Positions 1-6,993 of a stretch of DNA of 38,837 bases are shown piece by piece (within the stretch, counting starts at the first letter, position 1; each line of letters opens with the position of its first letter). Source of the DNA: a virus; IMG/VR virus record IMGVR_UViG_3300045988_104226. One strand, given 5' to 3'. A program made the translations under genes and the position numbers. The notes beneath the pieces are model-generated. The model did no database searches. It was given only the letters and a program-made list of their open reading frames with translations, and had not been told where the DNA came from.

Positions 1-55
1 TTCCTAGTGCAATTCCTACAATTGCTATTAAAATCCCTATAATCTTTTTCATTTT
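1..55. repeat. 55-nt terminal direct overlap, identical to 38783..38837 (circular-closure signature)
   Basis: Direct comparison of the first and last 55 nt shows them identical. The ORF at 38604..38834 finds its RBS (aggagg) only across the junction, at 56..66. Confidence 0.9.
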
Positions 56-74
56 CTTTTCCTCCTAATATTTT

Positions 75-356
75 TTATAAATAATTTTTTCCTATTAATT
101 TTATAAATTCTTCTCTTGTATGATTTTTTTCATATTCTTTTTGACATTCCTGCTTTAACTTCAAATCTAAATCATGGCCATATTTTCCATGTATTCCATA
201 TGTTCCTCTATGTTCTGAATATGTTAGTCATACTTTGAATCCATTTTTCTCTGATATTTTTCTTTTTCCTGTGCCAAAATATATATGATGTTCTTCTAAT
301 TCATAAGTTTGTCCACTGATATAGCTTTCTTTTTTGTTTTGTAAAATTGATTTCAT
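75..356 (-). CDS. Small conserved phage protein (EEHHI...HRGTYGIHGKYGHDLDLKLKQ motif) interrupted by an in-frame TGA at 228..230; readthrough product or pseudogene
   Basis: The ATG at 356 overlaps the upstream stop (ATGA). Translation is MKSILQNKKESYISGQTYELEEHHIYFGTGKRKISEKNGFKV*LTYSEHRGTYGIHGKYGHDLDLKLKQECQKEYEKNHTREEFIKLIGKNYL. Both halves are in the same frame and resemble one phage protein family. Confidence 0.5.
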
Positions 357-895
357 TTTTTATTCCAACTTTCTAGCAAACTCTTTATTTCCTGTTGTGA
401 TTTCGTTTCAATACCATAAACTTTACAATCTTGAACTACACCATCTATCAACCTAGCCATTTGTTTTGAATTAAAAGAACTTGAACCATAATAAGCATTT
501 ATTATCTTAAATTCTGTATTATTTATATAAGTTGTATCTGCTATTTCACAAAACCATGCTATTCCTTGTGCATTCCACATCTTTTCAAATGTTTTTATAT
601 TTTCTGTTTCTATCTTAAATCTTCTAAATATTCCTAATTCTTTAACTCTTCTTTTATATTCTTCAACTGTATCTATTTCAGCTAATTCGCATAATTCCTG
701 TAACAGTTTCCAAAAATAATTATTTGCATTAGTTGTTCTCTTTTTTATGTACTTTTTAGCTTCTATTTTAAGTTTTAAACCTTTTAACTGTTCTATATCT
801 GATAACTTGTCTCTTCCATCAATTAAAAAGCTTATTTTTGGTTTTCCTGTTTTATAATCTATATTGATTTCTTCCAATGTCCCTGTAGTTTGCAT
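353..895 (-). CDS. Recombination-associated protein, NinB/Orf-like or putative HNHc_6-like
   Basis: 180-aa ORF. The RTTNANNYFWKLLQELCE segment resembles the NinB RSLDQNRKLW motif. It follows the Gp157 and AAA_24 genes, as in Firmicute phage recombination modules. Confidence 0.4.
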   Translation of the reverse strand: MQTTGTLEEINIDYKTGKPKISFLIDGRDKLSDIEQLKGLKLKIEAKKYIKKRTTNANNYFWKLLQELCELAEIDTVEEYKRRVKELGIFRRFKIETENIKTFEKMWNAQGIAWFCEIADTTYINNTEFKIINAYYGSSSFNSKQMARLIDGVVQDCKVYGIETKSQQEIKSLLESWNKK

Positions 896-903
896 TTCAT
901 CAC

Positions 904-1620
904 CTACTCTTGTTCTTCAGCTAATTTTTCACTACCAGCTTTCAATGCCTTTTCTATTGATGAATAATCTTTCACATCTAAAATTTTTGGTAAATTTCCT
1001 ATCCTTGATTTCTTTACAATTGCTTTTGTTTCTTCTCCTGTTTTTTCTAATTGAATCACTATATCCATCAAATACTCTACTATGTCCAAAGCATCATATG
1101 TAAGTCCTACCGGTTGCATTTTTCCATCTTTTGTATCCCAAACATTCTTTGCCCTTGCCACCAATATCAAATTCATTGGAATATCTTTCAATTGATTTAA
1201 CACTGTTCTTGCCATTTCTCTACGATATGCATACCATTTTGTTTTTTGTAATTGATTTAATTCTCCTACTTTTTTTCCTATCATTTGCTCATATTTTTTT
1301 GCACTAACATCTTCTATACAATCTAATAAATCTGTAACTGGATCTATTATTAATGTTTTTCTATCTGGATATTTTCCTTCCAATATTTCCTCTATTAGAT
1401 TTACTGTTAATGTTGCTGGATTACTTGCTCTATTATCTGTTTTATTTACTTCAGCTTTATAAAAATCAAATTGATTAGCATACAATCTTGTACTTCCTTC
1501 TAAATCTACAACAATTGGATTCGGAGAAGATAAAGCAAATCTACTTTTGCCGCTTCCACTTTCCCCCCATACCATTATTTTTAAATTCACATCTTCTAAT
1601 GTCGCCTTTTTAGCTAACAT
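904..1620 (-). CDS. AAA_24 / Sak4-like RecA-fold ATPase (recombination)
   Basis: Walker A GESGSGKS near the N-terminus, 238 aa, flanked by Gp157-like and NinB-like genes. Confidence 0.8.
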   Translation of the reverse strand: MLAKKATLEDVNLKIMVWGESGSGKSRFALSSPNPIVVDLEGSTRLYANQFDFYKAEVNKTDNRASNPATLTVNLIEEILEGKYPDRKTLIIDPVTDLLDCIEDVSAKKYEQMIGKKVGELNQLQKTKWYAYRREMARTVLNQLKDIPMNLILVARAKNVWDTKDGKMQPVGLTYDALDIVEYLMDIVIQLEKTGEETKAIVKKSRIGNLPKILDVKDYSSIEKALKAGSEKLAEEQE

Positions 1621-1631
1621 TTTATTACCTC

Positions 1632-2126
1632 CTACTTTATTCTTAAACTTGTTTTATTGTCTATTATCCTTGTCCCTGGTATTATTTCTCCTGTTTCTTT
1701 TAAAGCTTTCTTTATTGCCGTTTTATCTACCTTTATTTCTATAACTTTTGTTTTATATTCATCTGGTATTTGAACTTCATCATATATTTCTACACTTATT
1801 GGATTTTTAGCTATACTTAGTGCTCCTAGTTGTGTTTCTATTTTTGTAAATCCATTTTGTTCCATACATTCTTTTACATATTCTTTGAATTTTTTAAGAT
1901 TATTTTCTAATGCCTTTCTTTGCTTTGAAATTCGTTCTTCTTCGTTTTTCATTGCTTCAATAGTTAATTCCATATTTCTTGCATATCCAATCAAATTTTG
2001 GCTTTTTTGTTGTAATAATTCTGTCAATTCTTTTTCTACTTCTTTTTTATCCTCTTCTGACATTTCTTCCTGATCTATCAACTTTGGAAATGCACTTGTT
2101 ATTTGATATAAACTTAAACTTTCCAT
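1632..2126 (-). CDS. Siphovirus Gp157-like protein
   Basis: 164-aa coiled-coil protein with the length, layout and position typical of the Sipho_Gp157 family, upstream of the AAA_24 gene. Confidence 0.6.
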   Translation of the reverse strand: MESLSLYQITSAFPKLIDQEEMSEEDKKEVEKELTELLQQKSQNLIGYARNMELTIEAMKNEEERISKQRKALENNLKKFKEYVKECMEQNGFTKIETQLGALSIAKNPISVEIYDEVQIPDEYKTKVIEIKVDKTAIKKALKETGEIIPGTRIIDNKTSLRIK

Positions 2127-2245
2127 TATTCTGCACTCATCCTTTCTGAAACTTTATCTTCATATGCTATGTCATCTTTTTCATAATCTTCGTCATATTC
2201 TACTACGTAATCTATATAATCTGGTACCATTATATTGTCTAACAT
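2126..2245 (-). CDS. Small acidic hypothetical protein (39 aa)
   Basis: RBS gggagg lies before the ATG at 2245. The stop overlaps the Gp157 start (TAATG). Below the ORF-track length cutoff. Confidence 0.4.
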   Translation of the reverse strand: MLDNIMVPDYIDYVVEYDEDYEKDDIAYEDKVSERMSAE

Positions 2246-2325
2246 CTTATCCTCCCTCTTGATTTCTACTGTCAAAAATGCTATAATAACAATAGAAATT
2301 CATATATTTATGTGTATTTTTTGAA

Positions 2326-2640
2326 CTAATTTTCTGATTCGCTGTCTGAAATTAGTTCTTTATTTTCATCTGTTAAATTATTTGTTAATAATTCTATATT
2401 GTTTCTTAAATCTTCCATTTTTGCTCTTAATTCTGCTGCATTATCTAATAATATTGCATTGTCTTTTTGTTGTTTTTCTATCATTCTGTCTCTGTTTTTT
2501 ATTTTTGAATTTAATAAATCTATGTCTTCTTCTAAATTGTTTATTGTATCTTTTAACAATTCATTTGCTCTTTCTGCATTTTCATTAAATAGAAGTACTA
2601 ATAATGCTCCAGACAAAAATCCTGCTATTGCAAAAAACAT
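2326..2640 (-). CDS. Membrane-anchored coiled-coil protein
   Basis: N-terminal TM segment (FFAIAGFLSGALLVLLF) followed by a heptad-rich tail. The internal ATG at 2640 is preferred because aaggagg lies just upstream. Confidence 0.5.
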   Translation of the reverse strand: MFFAIAGFLSGALLVLLFNENAERANELLKDTINNLEEDIDLLNSKIKNRDRMIEKQQKDNAILLDNAAELRAKMEDLRNNIELLTNNLTDENKELISDSESEN

Positions 2641-2679
2641 ATATCTTCCTCCTTTCAACTAGTTTCTCTTGATTATGTT

Positions 2680-2820
2680 TTATCTGTACACTGTTATACA
2701 ATTATCTAATATATACAAGCTTGCTTGATATACTAAATATACTGACATTGCCCATACTGTTGCTCTTACTGTTGCTTTTCCTATAAGTTCATATAGTTTG
2801 CTTTTGTTTATTTTTTTCAT
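2680..2820 (-). CDS. Small membrane protein (46 aa)
   Basis: RBS ggaggtg before the ATG at 2820. Sequence MKKINKSKLYELIGKATVRATVWAMSVYLVYQASLYILDNCITVYR. Confidence 0.4.
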   Translation of the reverse strand: MKKINKSKLYELIGKATVRATVWAMSVYLVYQASLYILDNCITVYR

Positions 2821-2833
2821 TAAATTCACCTCC

Positions 2834-3094
2834 CTAAATATTTTTCAACCATTTTTCAAATTTGCTTTTTATTATTAAATAGTTCCATTGTCCTGTCTTT
2901 CCTTGAAATGCTATTCCAAATGGAAATTTGTCTTGTCTTAATGCTGCTCTAACTCCCTCAACACTCATTTTTAATTTTGGTGCAATATCTGCAGGAGTTA
3001 ACCTTTCTACTTCTTCATTATCATCTTCCAAGTTCTCACCTTCTTTCTTTTTCTGTATCGGTTCGTGGTTATTTTTGATTTCTTTTGAAATCAC
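2834..3094 (-). CDS. Excisionase/HTH_17-like DNA-binding protein (start uncertain)
   Basis: LTPADIAPKLKMSVEGVRAALRQDKFPFG...WLKNI resembles excisionase-family HTH proteins. The GTG at 3094 has no clear RBS; a TTG near 3031 is an alternative start. Confidence 0.5.
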   Translation of the reverse strand: MISKEIKNNHEPIQKKKEGENLEDDNEEVERLTPADIAPKLKMSVEGVRAALRQDKFPFGIAFQGKTGQWNYLIIKSKFEKWLKNI

Positions 3095-3311
3095 TTTTTA
3101 TAAAAAAAATATCATCAAATTGCCTGTTAAGTACTCTACAAATATTAACTGCTAGTTCTGGACTAGGATTTCTTTCCCCATTAGCTATTAAACTAATTTG
3201 AGTTTGTGAACAATCCGCTTCTTTTGCCAGCTGTCTGTAAGAAAATCCTTCTTTAGTTATAATGTTTTTAAATATTTCCGCATCCTTAAGTATTATAGTT
3301 CTATTTGCCAT
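3069..3311 (-). CDS. cro: Cro-like XRE-family HTH regulator
   Basis: FSYRQLAKEADCSQTQISLIANGERNPS HTH motif. Divergent from the CI-like gene. RBS aaaggag. Confidence 0.8.
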   Translation of the reverse strand: MANRTIILKDAEIFKNIITKEGFSYRQLAKEADCSQTQISLIANGERNPSPELAVNICRVLNRQFDDIFFIKSDFKRNQK

Positions 3312-3344
3312 TTTTTCATCTCCTTTCTGTTTTCTTTTGAAAGC

Positions 3345-3372
3345 ATTATATCATATAGATTTCATTTGTCAA
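3345..3372 (-). promoter_or_regulatory. Early lytic promoter (PR-like)
   Basis: On the minus strand: TTGACA (3372..3367), 16-nt spacer, TGaTATAAT (-10 at 3350..3345), upstream of cro. Confidence 0.6.
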
Positions 3373-3399
3373 CACTTTTTAATAATTTTTATAAAATTC

Positions 3400-3428
3400 T
3401 TTACAAAAGTAATCATAAATGATATAAT
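3400..3428 (+). promoter_or_regulatory. Repressor promoter (PRM/PL-like)
   Basis: TTTACA (3400..3405), 17-nt spacer, TGaTATAAT (-10 at 3423..3428), upstream of the CI-like gene. Confidence 0.6.
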
Positions 3429-3450
3429 ATTATTGATTGGAGGAATCATT

Positions 3451-3819
3451 ATGGAAATGTCTCTTAAAGAAATGGGCCTATATCTAAAAAAATTACGAGA
3501 AAATAAAGGATTATCCACTAGAGAGGTATATGAATTAGCTAAAGTTTCAAATAGCTACTTATCTCTTGTAGAAAATGGACACCGCAGAGCCAGTGCAGTA
3601 GTTTTGAAAAAATTAGCTTCAGTATATGGAGTTAGTTACTTGGATTTATATGTTAAAGCTGGTTATGCTGATTTAGCGGAATATGAAAAAAATAAAAATT
3701 CTAATTTTGTTTCAAAAAATAACATTGATACAGAAGGACTTGATGATAATGATATTGAAGAATTAAGGCGATTTGCTGAATTTTTAAAGAATAAGAAAAA
3801 ACAAAATAAGAATAAATAA
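3451..3819 (+). CDS. cI: CI-like XRE-family repressor
   Basis: LSTREVYELAKVSNSYLSLVENGHRRAS HTH motif. RBS ggagg before the ATG at 3451. Followed by the integrase on the same strand. Confidence 0.8.
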   Translation: MEMSLKEMGLYLKKLRENKGLSTREVYELAKVSNSYLSLVENGHRRASAVVLKKLASVYGVSYLDLYVKAGYADLAEYEKNKNSNFVSKNNIDTEGLDDNDIEELRRFAEFLKNKKKQNKNK

Positions 3820-3976
3820 AAAAATAAGGAATAGATGTAATCAATTTTACCACGAACCGATACATTTATTCCTCGCAAACACTATTAAAAGTGAATGTAC
3901 TAATATTATACAAAAAATACTTTCACTTTTCAATAGTTTATTAAAAATAAATTATAGAATTGGAGGTATTTTTATT

Positions 3977-5230
3977 ATGAAAATTATGAAAAAAAGAGCA
4001 AATGGAACAGGGACAGTAGCTTTTTTAGGGAAAGGTCGTCAAAAACCTTATGCTGCAAGAATATTAATAGGTAAAGATTTATATGGTAAACCATTGTACT
4101 ATGATATCGATACTTTTGAAGAACAATTAGATGCTTTGGTATGTTTAGAAATATACCATAAAAACCCTATACCATTAAAAATAAAACAAAATAAATATGA
4201 CAGGATTGCATTCTTTCCTAAAGTTCCATATCCTCTTGTACCTGTTAATATCATAAGTGCAAATATACATAGAAAAAACAAAAGAAACTATACTTTTAAG
4301 CAAGTTTTTGAAGAAATGAAAAACAATCTATTTCCAACTAAAGAAGAAATGCAAATTGAAAGAGAGAAGCACATTAAGCCTGGTAATGGTAAATTTGCAT
4401 TACATAGTTCATTAAATATGATAAATGCCTATAATCATTCCGAAGAACTTTATGATAAAATTTATAGAGAATTAAGAACATCAGATTTTCAATCATTTTT
4501 AAATGGCAAAACTCCATCATCTATAAAACAATGTATTACTTTATTAAAAAATATGGATAAATATGCATATAATGAAGATATTATTGACAAAAAATATACT
4601 GACACATTAAAAGCAACTGGTTCACATATTCAAAAAAATAAAAGAATGCCATTCACTTATGATCAAATTGACTATTTATGGAAAATCCAAACCGATAATG
4701 ATAAAGAAGATCTCGTTAGAAATATCCTTTTACTTGCCATTTATACTGGATGTCGTGCGGAAGAATTATTCTTTCTTTACACTAAAAACATTCATTTAAA
4801 AGAAGGGTTTTTTGTTGGAGGTATAAAAACTGCAAATGGTATTAACAGAGAAATCCCTATACACCCTGATATTAAGTCCATTTTTGAAAAGTATTATAAT
4901 GAAAATAACGATTTTTTATTTATGAAATCTAACGGTAAAAGACTCTTTTATGCAGACTATAACACTTATTATAGATTATATTTCAGAGGCAACCACCCAT
5001 TCCTAGCAAACAAAACTGCTCATTGTGGTAGACATACACTTGAAACAGAATTACAAAGATTAAATATAAAACAAACAATAATAAATTCTATTATAGGTCA
5101 CAAAAATGGTGATATTGGAAGTGATACTTATAATCATATTTACATAGAGGAAAAAATTGAAGCAATAAAACTTGTAACATATAAAACTGGAAAAATTATT
5201 GTGTTAAATAATATTAGAAAAACATCATAA
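3977..5230 (+). CDS. int: Tyrosine recombinase / phage integrase
   Basis: 417 aa. The C-terminal catalytic region has LAIYTGCRAEEL (Arg), HCGRHT (H-x-x-R) and IGHKNGDIGSDTYNH (His...Tyr). Confidence 0.9.
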   Translation: MKIMKKRANGTGTVAFLGKGRQKPYAARILIGKDLYGKPLYYDIDTFEEQLDALVCLEIYHKNPIPLKIKQNKYDRIAFFPKVPYPLVPVNIISANIHRKNKRNYTFKQVFEEMKNNLFPTKEEMQIEREKHIKPGNGKFALHSSLNMINAYNHSEELYDKIYRELRTSDFQSFLNGKTPSSIKQCITLLKNMDKYAYNEDIIDKKYTDTLKATGSHIQKNKRMPFTYDQIDYLWKIQTDNDKEDLVRNILLLAIYTGCRAEELFFLYTKNIHLKEGFFVGGIKTANGINREIPIHPDIKSIFEKYYNENNDFLFMKSNGKRLFYADYNTYYRLYFRGNHPFLANKTAHCGRHTLETELQRLNIKQTIINSIIGHKNGDIGSDTYNHIYIEEKIEAIKLVTYKTGKIIVLNNIRKTS

Positions 5231-5251
5231 ACTTCTATAAATTCTTATAAA

Positions 5252-5278
5252 TTAATAACAAATTAATAACAAATGCTG
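5252..5278 (+). repeat. 27-nt direct repeat, copy 1 (ttaataacaaattaataacaaatgctg); candidate integrase arm site
   Basis: 26/27 identity to 5460..5486. Each copy contains an internal tandem ttaataacaa. Confidence 0.7.
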
Positions 5279-5316
5279 AATATCAAGACTTCAACCCCTT
5301 GAAATATCAGCATTTT
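5272..5316 (+). terminator. Imperfect hairpin after int
   Basis: atgctga/tcagcat plus caag/cttg stems around the loop acttcaaccc, followed by a short T run. Confidence 0.4.
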
Positions 5317-5459
5317 ATTATATATTTGTTATTCCTGCTAGTATCAACATATCATTTTTTCACATATTCATTTTTTATTGATACTTATAGCTTTTGCTGT
5401 TATAGCAACAAATTCACAGTTCTTCAATATCTTTATCAGTTGCTATAAATTTCAATGCG

Positions 5460-5486
5460 TTAATAACAAATTAATAACAATTGCTG
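5460..5486 (+). repeat. 27-nt direct repeat, copy 2
   Basis: See 5252..5278. This copy overlaps the stop codon of ORF 5471..5770. Confidence 0.7.
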
Positions 5487-5770
5487 TTGTCTTCAAATTC
5501 ACTAATCATCTTTTTTATTTCATCGACATCGCATCCATTATTTATTCCTAATTCAAACATCTTTAAAATTACTTTTTCTTTTTTATTATATTTTTTGCTT
5601 AATTTTTTTGTTTCATCTAATACTACATTATTACACATTAATATTCCCTCTCTTTCGTAAATCAAATCATAATTCACTTTCAAGGGGTTGTAATCTTTTT
5701 CTATTATATTATTCCTTTTCTTTTTTGTAAATACCTCCATTTTATTTTTTTCGTCATTTTTTTCTTTCAT
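5471..5770 (-). CDS. Hypothetical protein (99 aa), target of the antisense arrangement
   Basis: ORF with an agagagg RBS and its own TTGACA/TGaTATAAT promoter 150 nt upstream. I recognise no family. Confidence 0.5.
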   Translation of the reverse strand: MKEKNDEKNKMEVFTKKKRNNIIEKDYNPLKVNYDLIYEREGILMCNNVVLDETKKLSKKYNKKEKVILKMFELGINNGCDVDEIKKMISEFEDNSNCY

Positions 5771-5800
5771 AAATAAAAACCTCTCTTTCGTAAATATAAT

Positions 5801-5829
5801 TTGACAATTTACTCTTAAGAGGTTATACT
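5801..5829 (+). promoter_or_regulatory. Plus-strand promoter for a small antisense RNA
   Basis: TTGACA (5801..5806), 17-nt spacer containing the perfect palindrome CTCTTAAGAG (5812..5821), TATACT (5824..5829). Confidence 0.55.
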
Positions 5830-5836
5830 TAATTTA

Positions 5837-5909
5837 CAGTTAACTCTTTCGAGTAAATTGTTTGTGGAAAAGAGATGTGTTAGATTTGCGGTCCTTGCAT
5901 CTCTTTTTT
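5837..5909 (+). ncRNA. Candidate ~70-nt cis-antisense sRNA
   Basis: It runs from the predicted TSS to an intrinsic terminator (aagagatg 5870..5877 / catctctt 5898..5905 plus a T run). It is fully complementary to the 5' leader of the minus-strand mRNA for ORF 5471..5770. Confidence 0.45.
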
Positions 5910-5912
5910 CTT

Positions 5913-5940
5913 ATTATATCAAACTTATTTTCTATGTCAA
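5913..5940 (-). promoter_or_regulatory. Minus-strand promoter for ORF 5471..5770
   Basis: On the minus strand: TTGACA (5940..5935), 16-nt spacer, TGaTATAAT (-10 at 5918..5913). It faces the plus-strand promoter at 5801. Confidence 0.55.
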
Positions 5941-6006
5941 AACCCGTTTTCGACAAAAAAAACCTGTAAGTATTGAAAATACTACAAACATTTTTTGAAA
6001 ATTTTT

Positions 6007-6240
6007 TTATTTTTCTAATTTTATTCTATTTCTTAATTCATGCCAATTTACTCCTGCTATATATTTTATGCTTTCAGATGACAATAATTGATTTTCTTTT
6101 GCATATATATTCCATTCTTTTACGGTCGGAAATTTTACTTTTTTACCTGTCATTTCTTTTAATTTTTTTAATGATTCTTCATATTTAAAATAAATATAAC
6201 TTCCGTTTTGGGTATTGAACTTCTTTTTTATAATACTCAT
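6007..6240 (-). CDS. Hypothetical protein (77 aa); also the +1-frame continuation of the Spo0E-like ORF
   Basis: ORF with a possible GAGG RBS. The PTVKEWNIYAKENQLLSSESIKYIAGVNWHEL segment looks like a homing-endonuclease-associated repeat (weak call). Confidence 0.45.
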   Translation of the reverse strand: MSIIKKKFNTQNGSYIYFKYEESLKKLKEMTGKKVKFPTVKEWNIYAKENQLLSSESIKYIAGVNWHELRNRIKLEK

Positions 6241-6352
6241 TCAATACCTCATCAAAATGTTTACTTACCTTCCTTGTTTCTTTTGAATTTAATCCATATT
6301 TTTCGATCATCATATCTAGTTTATTTCTTATTCTTTTTAATCTTTCTTTCAT
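6185..6352 (-). CDS. Spo0E-like aspartyl-phosphate phosphatase family protein (55 aa)
   Basis: MKERLKRIRNKLDMMIEKYGLNSKETRKVSKHFDEVLNEYY matches the Spo0E-like pattern (helix, short loop, S..LD.li.EYY). RBS ggag. It has an in-frame CGG at 6203..6205, five codons before the stop. Confidence 0.55.
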   Translation of the reverse strand: MKERLKRIRNKLDMMIEKYGLNSKETRKVSKHFDEVLNEYYKKEVQYPKRKLYLF

Positions 6353-6480
6353 CTTTTTTCTCCGTCTTTAGTTTTCTCACATTATATCATACTATTATAT
6401 AAAGATGCGTAGTGTAAAGCTGTATTGTTAAATTTTATGTCGAAATATGTTGTAAATTATACTTTTAGTTTGAATTTTTA

Positions 6481-6509
6481 TTGACTTTTATATTTTCTTT
6501 TGATATTAT
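6481..6509 (+). promoter_or_regulatory. Promoter of the small membrane-protein gene
   Basis: TTGACT (6481..6486), 17-nt spacer, TGaTATTAT (-10 at 6504..6509). Confidence 0.55.
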
Positions 6510-6516
6510 ATTTTTA

Positions 6517-6646
6517 TCGTTTGGCACTCACCATGACAGCTTAGTTGTATTAAGTAGCAACTAGTTGTTATGCAAATATTAATTTAGTTGCTACTATCAT
6601 GCAACTAGGGATTAGACCTTATTTGCAATACGAGGAGGTGAGTGAA
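6517..6646 (+). promoter_or_regulatory. Highly structured ~130-nt 5' leader able to sequester the SD
   Basis: CACTCACC (6525..6532) is the exact complement of GGTGAGTG (6637..6644), which overlaps the SD. There is also an 11-bp helix (AGTAGCAACTA 6553..6563 / TAGTTGCTACT 6585..6595) nested in an outer helix (6540..6547 / 6602..6609). Confidence 0.45.
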
Positions 6647-6853
6647 TTGGAAACTCTTTTAGTGATAACAGTTATAATCTTTTCTTTAGGCTTTTTATTT
6701 GAAAAAGTCACAAACTTTTTCAAGGAAATGAAATCTGGTTCTGCCAAATTGGCTAAAGGATTCGAAGCCAGGCTGTCATTTGTTCCAATTGATAGCAAAA
6801 AAAGTGAAGTAAGTGCCACTAACACAAACTCCACAAACGATAACATAGATTAG
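6647..6853 (+). CDS. Small membrane protein (68 aa, TTG start), type I toxin-like architecture
   Basis: Strong SD gaggagg lies 8 nt before the TTG. N-terminal TM segment TLLVITVIIFSLGFLF, then a polar tail. Followed by an intrinsic terminator. Confidence 0.5.
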   Translation: METLLVITVIIFSLGFLFEKVTNFFKEMKSGSAKLAKGFEARLSFVPIDSKKSEVSATNTNSTNDNID

Positions 6854-6866
6854 CAAACTAATCTGT

Positions 6867-6890
6867 AAGGAGCTTTGCTCCTTATTTTTT
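6867..6890 (+). terminator. Intrinsic terminator
   Basis: aaggagc-ttt-gctcctt hairpin followed by aTTTTTT. Confidence 0.75.
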
Positions 6891-6951
6891 ATTATATTCA
6901 TTAATTGTATTTTTATCACATGTATTCCTAGAATGTCAAGTTTTTTATCTA

Positions 6952-6993
6952 ATGTTACAAAAAAGTTAATTTTTTGTAATGAAATTGTAACAT
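6952..6993. repeat. Nested palindromes
   Basis: TTACAAAAAA-gttaa-TTTTTTGTAA (6955..6979), enclosed by ATGTTACA (6952..6959) / TGTAACAT (6986..6993). Confidence 0.7.

Noticed and set aside
5293-5695. 13-nt inverted repeat CAACCCCTTGAAA (5293..5305 and, as reverse complement, 5683..5695).
   Set aside because: One copy is in the int terminator loop and the other encodes NPLK inside ORF 5471..5770. I see no supporting structure, so it may be coincidence or a remnant. It could still relate to the attP core, but I cannot support that.
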